From Calditrichaceae bacterium (GTDB lineage Bacteria; Calditrichota; Calditrichia; Calditrichales; JBFXGD01): a stretch of DNA of 12,630 nucleotides. The notes under the pieces were generated by a model. That model searched no databases and was not told the origin of the DNA. It was given only the letters and a program-made list of their open reading frames with translations. Positions 1 through 6,530 of the stretch are shown in pieces. The stretch covers positions 1,257-13,886 of the forward strand of contig JBFXGD010000088.1 of the NCBI GenBank assembly GCA_050178385.1, read 5' to 3'. How positions within the stretch are numbered: the stretch's first letter is position 1; every line of letters begins with the position of its first letter. Both the position numbers and the translations under genes were made by a program.

Positions 1-65
1 TTGCCACTGCATCCGATATACCGTTTTTTATCTTTTTCACTTAACAATATATAAACATCATACAT
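1..65 (-). CDS. GIY-YIG nuclease, second tandem copy (5' part only; runs off the window edge)
   Basis: ATG at 65..63. Bases 1..65 are identical to 307..371 and encode MYDVYILLSEKDKKRYIGCSG. Confidence 0.85.
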   Translation of the reverse strand, partial: MYDVYILLSEKDKKRYIGCSG

Positions 66-127
66 GGCGGATTCGCCCGCCTAAGGCGGGTTGCAGACCT
101 CTCCCTTAGCCACTTGGGTACGTCGCC
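66..127 (-). pseudogene. Degenerate tRNA-Cys(GCA), copy 2
   Basis: Identical to 372..433; begins 1 nt after the TAA stop of the 129..371 ORF. Confidence 0.85.
76..90. repeat. Perfect short palindrome CCCGCC-TAA-GGCGGG (copy 2)
   Basis: 6-bp all-GC inverted repeat with a 3-nt loop. Confidence 0.9.
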
Positions 128-128
128 A

Positions 129-371
129 TTAATCTGTTAATTTTTTATTCAGAAACTCTCTACCCTTGCCGCTTTTGAAAAATTTCTCTCTGTTCATTGC
201 AGCTTGTTTATCGGGAAAAGTTTCTTTATAAACCAATTTCAAAGGTCGTCTGTTTCTGGTGGACTTTACCAGACCGGCTTGATGCTCTGACAGTCTTCGT
301 TCCAGATTGCCACTGCATCCGATATACCGTTTTTTATCTTTTTCACTTAACAATATATAAACATCATACAT
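129..371 (-). CDS. Small stand-alone GIY-YIG nuclease (UPF0213/SLX1-like family), 80 aa
   Basis: Motifs VYIL-x8-YIG, RRLSEH, KSTRxRRPLKLVYxE and AxxREKFFK include the Tyr, Arg, His and Glu positions typical of the family. Confidence 0.92.
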   Translation of the reverse strand: MYDVYILLSEKDKKRYIGCSGNLERRLSEHQAGLVKSTRNRRPLKLVYKETFPDKQAAMNREKFFKSGKGREFLNKKLTD

Positions 372-433
372 GGCGGATTCGCCCGCCTAAGGCGGGTTGC
401 AGACCTCTCCCTTAGCCACTTGGGTACGTCGCC
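372..433 (-). pseudogene. Degenerate tRNA-Cys(GCA), copy 1
   Basis: Minus strand reads GGCGACG TA CCC AAGTGGCTAA GGG A GAGGT CT GCA A (5' acceptor strand, D-arm, 5' anticodon stem, GCA anticodon), then CCCGCCTTAGGCGGG, then CGAATCCGCC (T-loop and 3' T-stem). The 3' anticodon strand (ACCTC) and the 3' acceptor strand (CGTCGCC) are absent. Confidence 0.88.
382..396. repeat. Perfect short palindrome CCCGCC-TAA-GGCGGG (copy 1)
   Basis: 6-bp all-GC inverted repeat with a 3-nt loop, directly after A37 of the pseudo-tRNA. Confidence 0.9.
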
Positions 434-454
434 GGAACCCTATAAATAAAAAAG

Positions 455-527
455 AGCGAGAGACGGGATTCGAACCCGCGACCCCAACCTTGGCAAGGTT
501 GTGCTCTACCAGCTGAGCTACTCTCGC
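455..527 (-). tRNA. tRNA-Gly(GCC); CCA not encoded
   Basis: GCGAGAGTAGCTCAGCTGGTAGAGCACAACCTTGCCAAGGTTGGGGTCGCGGGTTCGAATCCCGTCTCTCGCT folds to a complete cloverleaf with anticodon GCC and a U discriminator. Confidence 0.97.
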
Positions 528-567
528 TTAAACATTACATATATATGCTTTATTTTTAGAAGTGGAA

Positions 568-596
568 AATATAAAACTTTTTTAATTTCCTGTCAA
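568..596 (-). promoter_or_regulatory. Sigma70-type promoter for tRNA-Gly and the downstream array
   Basis: TTGACA (596..591), 17-nt spacer, TATATT (573..568), about 40 nt upstream of the tRNA, with AT-rich sequence further upstream. Confidence 0.75.
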
Positions 597-620
597 ATAT
601 TTTTTATCAAATTTTAAGTG

Positions 621-752
621 TTATTTCCACCTGTCTTTTATCTGCTGCTTCAGCCTGTTCTTTCTCCTGGCTGCTTTCTTACCAGATTCTCTGGCTTGCA
701 TCAGATAAAACACAAAAATAAATACTAACAGTATTACTATTATACTTTCCAT
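621..752 (-). CDS. Hypothetical 43-aa single-pass membrane peptide
   Basis: ATG at 752. MESIIVILLVFIFVFYLMQ is a hydrophobic helix followed by a Lys/Arg-rich tail. The longer track ORF (start 821) overlaps tmRNA, so the start was trimmed. Confidence 0.6.
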   Translation of the reverse strand: MESIIVILLVFIFVFYLMQARESGKKAARRKNRLKQQIKDRWK

Positions 753-760
753 AATATTAG

Positions 761-1115
761 TGGAGACGCCGGGAGTTGAACCCGGGTCCGAACATGGACC
801 AACATAAACATCTACAATCATAGCCGGTTATTAGTTCTCGTTTTGCAACAGGCTGACCGACAGGCCAGTTTCAAAACCAGTTCATAAAGTTTTTGAAACT
901 TAACGCATGAACATCATTAAGCTCAAATCCACCCAAATACGGCGCTTAACTTATCCCCGGTGAATCAGAGAAGAGCAAAGCGTGACAGCATTATTAAGCT
1001 GCCATTGCATAATTATAATCGGCACTTATCGTGCTTCTGACTAATTACGGGATAGTCAGGATCCCGGATTGCCGTTCATATCCTTCACATGCCCGTCGAA
1101 TCCAAAATCGTCCCC
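761..1115 (-). ncRNA. ssrA: tmRNA
   Basis: 5' GGGGACG..TGGATTCGACGG; 3' T-arm CCGGGTTCAACTCCCGG and CGTCTCC-A acceptor strand with G3:U70. Tag frame 1023..994 encodes ADYNYAMAA followed by TAA TAA. Length 355 nt. Confidence 0.96.
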
Positions 1116-1130
1116 GGACATATATTGACT

Positions 1131-1142
1131 CTTCAAAGAACT
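1131..1142 (-). promoter_or_regulatory. boxA-like antitermination motif upstream of tmRNA
   Basis: Minus strand AGTTCTTTGAAG resembles rRNA-leader boxA; lies 15 nt before the tmRNA 5' end. Confidence 0.4.
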
Positions 1143-1143
1143 A

Positions 1144-1213
1144 AAGGAAGGTGACCGTGATCAGGGGAAGGCCGGGGGAGGACCTTTTATGCTGAACCTT
1201 AGTCACCTTCCTT
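1144..1213. other. 70-nt imperfect stem-loop in the tmRNA leader (candidate structured RNA)
   Basis: Perfect 12-bp inverted repeat aaggaaggtgac (1144..1155) / gtcaccttcctt (1202..1213), with inner pairs tcag/ctga and aagg/cctt. Confidence 0.6.
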
Positions 1214-1246
1214 AAATTCTCTGAAAATCGTATTTCAATAGCTATA

Positions 1247-1275
1247 AATATACAAGTTATTTATAATTTTATCAA
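1247..1275 (-). promoter_or_regulatory. Sigma70-type promoter upstream of the stem-loop and tmRNA
   Basis: TTGATA (1275..1270), 17-nt spacer, TATATT (1252..1247); same -10 hexamer as the tRNA-Gly promoter. Confidence 0.65.
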
Positions 1276-1341
1276 GTATCAGCGTTTGTTAATATGATAT
1301 ATTTTCGAAAGATAATTCCGTTAGTTTAATTTTTTCGCAAA

Positions 1342-1740
1342 TCAGGTCAAAAACCGGTCCAGCTCTCCCGTATCAGGCACCGGACATGATTCATATTTAC
1401 CAAACCAGCGGTACCGATGATTTGCGATCAGATCATAAATCCAATCTCTTATAGTCCCCGGGATCAATATAAAAACATAAAGCACAGGCCATAATCCGTC
1501 AAGTTCCTTTACAATCCTTAATGCTGCCGATGATCTTAAATATGCACTGCCCTCCCTGAACAAAACAATAGAATGCGCGTAATTTTCCCGTATTCCGGAC
1601 AGTTTTAATATCTCCTTTGCTTTATCTGAATCCAGATGCGCAAAACTGAATTTTCTCGCTGAATCTCTTTTTATAATAAATCTCACACTGCCGTTACAAA
1701 ACTTACAGATTCCGTCATATAAAACAATTTGTTTGTCCAA
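1342..1740 (-). CDS. DCC1/DUF393-family thiol-disulfide oxidoreductase (YuxK-like)
   Basis: N-terminal YDGICKFC (DGxCxxC) motif, RSSAAL and RDWIYDLIANHRYRWFGK..SC; TTG start. Confidence 0.92.
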   Translation of the reverse strand: MDKQIVLYDGICKFCNGSVRFIIKRDSARKFSFAHLDSDKAKEILKLSGIRENYAHSIVLFREGSAYLRSSAALRIVKELDGLWPVLYVFILIPGTIRDWIYDLIANHRYRWFGKYESCPVPDTGELDRFLT

Positions 1741-1863
1741 TTACAGCCCTGACATTCCAATTTACTCTATTTACTGAACGATTTAAAATATTGTAAAGTT
1801 CATTCCCGTTCATGCGGACTTAACTATATTTCCGGAAACTGATGTTAAAATAGAGCTAAATAG

Positions 1864-3924
1864 TCAATCTGCATTTTCTTTGCGGGTGGCTTTAACAAGA
1901 ATATTACTCAAAACAGTCGCATCAACCGGCTTTTCCAGAAACTCAAAAATATGGTACTTTTTCATCATTTCAGTTATATTGAGATCCATTGTTCCGATCA
2001 TCAGAATCACCGGCAATTCGGGTCTGTAACTGTGAATCTCACAAGCCAGATCAATACCGGTCATTCCTGGCATATTCATATCCGAAACGATCACATCATA
2101 TTTCGATGGATCTTTCCTGAAATTTTCTAATGCATTGAGACTACTGTCAAACGCTTTGACACTATAACCGATTCTCTTCAACAACTGACTGCCCGCTTTT
2201 ATTAACTGAGATTCGTCATCAACCAGCATAATCATCCCTTTACCCCTTTGAAGCTGAATTTTTTCAACTTTAGCGTCAACCGGTTCATCAGAGATCATGG
2301 GGAGCAGAACAGTAACATTCGTCCCGATACCCGGCTCACTTTCAACAAAGATCTCCCCATCATGGCTTTTGACAATTCCATGAACTACGGACAACCCCAT
2401 ACCTGTACCTTCTCCTGCCTCATGGGTTGTAAAAAAAGGTTCGAATATCCTGTCCATGATTGATTGATCTATTCCTTTGCCCGTATCCCTGACTGATATT
2501 GAAGCATACTTCCCATTATCCATATTTATTTTTTCAGGAATACTCACATCTTCCGGTACCTCTACAGAATTCACTCTGATCTCTATTATCCCCTTGCCTC
2601 TTTCAAGCATTGCCTGGTAGGCATTTGTACACAGGTTCATCAATAATTGCTGTATTTCTACATCGTTAGATAATATAACGCCGCTGTTTTTATCTATTTC
2701 CAGCTTAATCTCCATGTTTGTCGGCAAAAGTGATCGAATCATTTTCATAGAATCTTTGATTGCCGCTGCAATATTTATCGGTTTATATTCTCTTTCAACT
2801 CTCCTGCTGAAGGTGAGAAGCTGCCTGACCAGTTCTTTTCCCCTTTTTCCAGCTTCCGCGATTTCTCTAAGATGCTGTTGTGCCTTATGATGTTCGGACA
2901 GATCATCAGATGCCAGAAATGTAAAACTTTGAATCGCGGCAAGTATATTGTTGAAGTCGTGAGCAATTCCTCCGGCCAGCGTTCCGATCGCGTCCATTTT
3001 TTGTGATTGCCTTATCTGAGCTTCCAGTCTTTTGTTCTCATGTTCGGCCTTCTTTTTAGCGGAAATATCAATACTTAGGGTCATAAGCCCTGCAAAATCA
3101 CCGTTTTCATTGATTATGGGTTGTCCTGCTCTTATGACATCGACCAAATGGCCATCCTTGTGGAGCATCTGCATCTCAATTTGCAGCGCTCTGCCTTTCA
3201 TAATCTCATCAAATCGTTCTCTGACTTGTGCGAGATATTTAGGGGCGATAAATTCTATCATCGGTCTGCCAATAACCTCTTCTCTTTGGTAGCCCAATAA
3301 CCGCTTGATCCCCCGGCTGCAATCAGTAATAATTCCATTTTCGTCAATCATTTCCCCTCCGTAGGGCAAAAGGTCAAATAATAGACGGTTTCTTTTTTCA
3401 CTAATGGCCAGCGCATTTGCGGCTTTAATTTGCTCCGTCATATTTCTGGCTATTCCACGCACAGCCATCGCCAGACCGCGTTCATAAGTAATGGAATTTC
3501 GATACTCGAAAATGAACTCTTCTCTCTGATTGCTCATCAAAAACAACAGTCCGTTTGTCTCCGTCTTGTTCAGCACGGAATCAAGATATTCCTGGTATTC
3601 AGCAGCATGTTCCAGACTCACCAGATTCATGAGCGGTTTATTTATCACTTCGTCTATTTCATACCCTAAAATCCGGGTGACCGCCGTATTTATCTGTAAA
3701 ATATATCCGTCCAGAGAGTGTACATATACAATATCAGTCACGTTATTGAAAAGATTGTCATATTTCTGCTCTCTCTCCCGTAGCTCTTCATATTTTGCTT
3801 TTTGGCTGGCGATATTTTTTTTCTGATTATAAAGAAACACACTGGTAAGGCTAAATCCAAATAAGATGACGATGCTGGAAATTATCAGCACAGCCCACCA
3901 TAATTCGACAGAAATTGTCTGCAT
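1864..3924 (-). CDS. Hybrid sensor histidine kinase (TM - PAS - PAS - HisKA - HATPase - receiver)
   Basis: N-terminal TM helix; two PAS-like repeats; H-box GTLAGGIAHDFNNIL; N-box QLLMNLCTNAYQAM; G1 DTGKGI; F-box IFEPFFTT; G2 GTGMGL; receiver motifs LVDD, SDMNMPGMTG and KP. Confidence 0.95.
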   Translation of the reverse strand: MQTISVELWWAVLIISSIVILFGFSLTSVFLYNQKKNIASQKAKYEELREREQKYDNLFNNVTDIVYVHSLDGYILQINTAVTRILGYEIDEVINKPLMNLVSLEHAAEYQEYLDSVLNKTETNGLLFLMSNQREEFIFEYRNSITYERGLAMAVRGIARNMTEQIKAANALAISEKRNRLLFDLLPYGGEMIDENGIITDCSRGIKRLLGYQREEVIGRPMIEFIAPKYLAQVRERFDEIMKGRALQIEMQMLHKDGHLVDVIRAGQPIINENGDFAGLMTLSIDISAKKKAEHENKRLEAQIRQSQKMDAIGTLAGGIAHDFNNILAAIQSFTFLASDDLSEHHKAQQHLREIAEAGKRGKELVRQLLTFSRRVEREYKPINIAAAIKDSMKMIRSLLPTNMEIKLEIDKNSGVILSNDVEIQQLLMNLCTNAYQAMLERGKGIIEIRVNSVEVPEDVSIPEKINMDNGKYASISVRDTGKGIDQSIMDRIFEPFFTTHEAGEGTGMGLSVVHGIVKSHDGEIFVESEPGIGTNVTVLLPMISDEPVDAKVEKIQLQRGKGMIMLVDDESQLIKAGSQLLKRIGYSVKAFDSSLNALENFRKDPSKYDVIVSDMNMPGMTGIDLACEIHSYRPELPVILMIGTMDLNITEMMKKYHIFEFLEKPVDATVLSNILVKATRKENAD

Positions 3925-4210
3925 TTCAGATCCCGATAAATGATAAGAGTCAGAGTATATTTTTGTTAAGATTTTGCGAATGAAACAATTTTATAAAGCG
4001 ACGGCCAATTGTTCGGGTGACTATATTTGTCTAAACGTTAATCCACTGAACTTTAAATTTATTATTGTTGATGCAGTATACGAGAATGTATTCCGTCCCT
4101 ATTGGATCATATATTCCGACTAAAATAAATTCTGCATCACAATCTAATAACTTTTTTTGGGATTTTCACCTGGGAATCTTTTTTCCTGAAAAATCATAGC
4201 ATCTTCCAAC

Positions 4211-4987
4211 CTATTTGCGTAGGCTTAAGGACTTCACAAAATCATAAAGTGTATCAAATATCATATCCGGTTTCACAGGAGAATTGTCAAGATCCCGCTC
4301 CCGGAATTTACCGGTTTTCACCAGACAGGTTGTGATTCCAAGTGCTGCCGCGCCTGCGATGTCAGATTCGATGTCATCTCCTATCATCAGAACATTTTCC
4401 GCAGGTAAGGCAATATCCTTTAGTGCCATTTCAAAAAAAGGTTTCGCCGGTTTTCCAATCAGAACTGAATCGATGCCAGCGGCATATTCCAGAAGAGCCA
4501 CAAATGCCCCCGCATCCAGCTTATATCCATCATCGCTCAGCCAAAAACGATTTTTTTGTAAGGCGATTAACCGCGCCCCATTATGAAGATAAAGAAATGC
4601 TTTGTTCAATTTATCATAGGTAAACTCTTTACCGAGATCACCCGCCACAACATATTTGACATGCCCGCTGTCAACGGGAATATCATTAAACTCTTTTTTC
4701 GCGTCATCAGGAAGCATCAGATGACATTTCGGATAATTCAGCGCGCGCAGGTAAACCGTTGCCGCATAAACTGCTGAAAATATCTTTTCCTTATCAACAG
4801 CGATACCCATCTCAGACAATTTCAGTCTAAGAGTATCCCGGCTTTTCATGGTCGTATTTGTAATAAATCTAAATGGGATATCGCTTTTTGATAAAACACG
4901 AATGGCTTCTTCAGAACCCGGAATTGGTGTGTTTTCATTATAAATCACACCATCCAGATCAATCAAAAGGCCCTTTATCTTACTCAT
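4211..4987 (-). CDS. HAD subfamily IIA hydrolase, TIGR01458/LHPP-HDHD2-like
   Basis: Motif I IDLDGVIY, motif II FITNTT, LDAGAFVALLEYA, GKP, motif IV MIGDDIESDIAGA and LVKTGKFR. Confidence 0.92.
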   Translation of the reverse strand: MSKIKGLLIDLDGVIYNENTPIPGSEEAIRVLSKSDIPFRFITNTTMKSRDTLRLKLSEMGIAVDKEKIFSAVYAATVYLRALNYPKCHLMLPDDAKKEFNDIPVDSGHVKYVVAGDLGKEFTYDKLNKAFLYLHNGARLIALQKNRFWLSDDGYKLDAGAFVALLEYAAGIDSVLIGKPAKPFFEMALKDIALPAENVLMIGDDIESDIAGAAALGITTCLVKTGKFRERDLDNSPVKPDMIFDTLYDFVKSLSLRK

Positions 4988-5042
4988 ACGTCCATCCAGA
5001 TATCATACTAATTTTGGAATAGTCTATCCTGCGGCAGGATTA

Positions 5043-6500
5043 TTATTCCAGGATTTTACGATACAAATTTACATACTTATGGCTTTGTATCTCCCAGGAA
5101 TAATTTTTTTTCATACCGTTTAGCATTAATTTTTTCCAGGCGTTTTTCTGTCTGTAAGTTTCAATCGCAAAAGAGACAGCCCAGGATAACGCGTCCGAAG
5201 CGTAATGTTCAAAAACAAATCCGGTCCCGGTTCCGGTCGGTCTGTTATACAGCTCAACTGTGTCTGCCAGACCACCTGTTTTTCTGACTACGGGTACCGT
5301 ACCATATTTCAGGCTGTAAATCTGGTTTAAGCCACACGGTTCATATCTGGAAGGCATAATAAACATATCCGCGCCGGCTTCGATTAGATGCGCCAGCTCA
5401 TTGTTGTATCCTTTGAAGAATGCTAATTTATTTGGAAATTTATTCTGAGTTTCCTCAAAAAACTGCTCATACAATGCCTGGCCGTTTCCGAGAACAACAA
5501 ACTGAATATCATAATTTTCCAGTAGGAATGGCAGACTACTGTATAAAAGTTCAATCCCCTTTTGTTCGGCCAATCGGCTTACAATACCGGCCACGGGTAT
5601 TTCCGGATTATACTTCAACCCCATTCGTGACAATAGCTCAATCTTGTTTTTTTCCTTACCGGAAAGATCGTTCTCTGAATAGTTATAGGGGATCAATTTA
5701 TCTGTACCGGGATTCCATTCATCATAATCCACCCCGTTTAAAATTCCGCTAAGATCTTCACTGCGTGACTGCAGCAGCTGATTCAACCCTTCGCCAAGTG
5801 ATTCCGTCTGAATCTCTTCCGCGTATGTGCGGCTCACTGTCGTGATCTTATCGGCGTGAGTAATTCCTGTTTTTAAGAAGTTAATCTGCCCTGTGTACAG
5901 ATCATCCTGATCAAACAGGTCCGAATACTCCATCAGGCCAAGCTCATCTATTTTATCTGCAGCGAAAATCCCCTGATAACCAATATTATGGATAGTGAGA
6001 ACCGTTTTAGTGTGCTCAAATAATTTATCCCAGCTGTAAACAGACTTAAGATAAGCCGGGATTAACGCTGTCTGCCAGTCATTGCAATGTAATATATCAG
6101 GAGCCCAATTCATTCTCTGGCAAATTTCCAGAGATGCCCTGGCTAAAAGCGCGAATCTGATATGTTCATCCTCATCATTTGTGTAAATATCGGATCTGTC
6201 AAAAAGGGATGGACAATGGATAAAATAGACATTGGCATGGGTACCCGGGAGTTTAGCCGTAAAAACCGAATATACCTTTTTATCCCCTGAAAACCAGAGC
6301 TCCAGATTCTGCATGGATTTAATGATCCGAAAATCCTGAGATTTCAGATCAATTGAAGAATAGAAAGGCATTACCAATCGTATATCATGACCTTCCGCGT
6401 GCAGATATTTACCAAGCGCTCCTGAGACATCGGCCAGGCCGCCTGTCTTTGCAAAAGGAACAATTTCTGATGAAACAAAACATATTTTTAATGAATCCAT
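5043..6500 (-). CDS. glgA: Glycogen synthase (ADP-glucose, GT5)
   Basis: PFAKTGGLADV, LHCNDWQTA, TIHNIGYQG, MPSRYEPCGLNQ and VRKTGGLADTV. ATG at 6500 is preferred over the TTG at 6515. Confidence 0.96.
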   Translation of the reverse strand: MDSLKICFVSSEIVPFAKTGGLADVSGALGKYLHAEGHDIRLVMPFYSSIDLKSQDFRIIKSMQNLELWFSGDKKVYSVFTAKLPGTHANVYFIHCPSLFDRSDIYTNDEDEHIRFALLARASLEICQRMNWAPDILHCNDWQTALIPAYLKSVYSWDKLFEHTKTVLTIHNIGYQGIFAADKIDELGLMEYSDLFDQDDLYTGQINFLKTGITHADKITTVSRTYAEEIQTESLGEGLNQLLQSRSEDLSGILNGVDYDEWNPGTDKLIPYNYSENDLSGKEKNKIELLSRMGLKYNPEIPVAGIVSRLAEQKGIELLYSSLPFLLENYDIQFVVLGNGQALYEQFFEETQNKFPNKLAFFKGYNNELAHLIEAGADMFIMPSRYEPCGLNQIYSLKYGTVPVVRKTGGLADTVELYNRPTGTGTGFVFEHYASDALSWAVSFAIETYRQKNAWKKLMLNGMKKNYSWEIQSHKYVNLYRKILE

Positions 6501-6530
6501 GATTTCCCGGAGCAAAATTAAGCTGTTTTT

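Larger units (their letters stand above)
1..433. repeat. Head-to-tail tandem repeat, 306-bp period (unit 128..433 = pseudo-tRNA-Cys + GIY-YIG ORF); at least about 1.4 units visible
   Basis: 1..127 matches 307..433 base for base. Identity ends exactly at the tRNA-Cys 5' end (128 a vs 434 g). Confidence 0.95.

Noticed and set aside
197..415. Plus-strand 72-aa ORF
   Set aside because: Antisense to the GIY-YIG gene and the pseudo-tRNA, with no recognisable motif.
1..433. CRISPR array or classical IS explanation for the repeat
   Set aside because: The whole 306-bp unit repeats, including the ORF, so there are no unique spacers. There are no cas genes, transposase or terminal inverted repeats.
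372..433. Functional tRNA-Cys, or a tRNA with a group I intron carrying a homing endonuclease
   Set aside because: The 3' anticodon and acceptor strands are missing, and the unit leaves no room for a ribozyme core outside the ORF and tRNA remnant.
753..821. N-terminal extension of the 621..821 track ORF
   Set aside because: It is a translation of the tmRNA 3' domain; the plausible start is the ATG at 752.
455..1115. Prophage or genomic island integrated at tmRNA or tRNA-Gly
   Set aside because: No integrase, and no duplicated 3' end of either RNA gene was seen in the window.
3925..4210. Short minus-strand open frames between the HAD and kinase genes
   Set aside because: One is 17 codons long; another (about 43 codons) has no start codon after the preceding stop. 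Neither has an RBS or motif.
2248..5752. Track ORFs 2248..2463, 2775..2966, 3032..3292, 3430..3669, 3530..3826, 4284..4586, 4342..4623, 4583..4777 and 5420..5752
   Set aside because: All lie within well-supported genes (kinase, HAD, glgA), antisense or out of frame, and show no family motifs.
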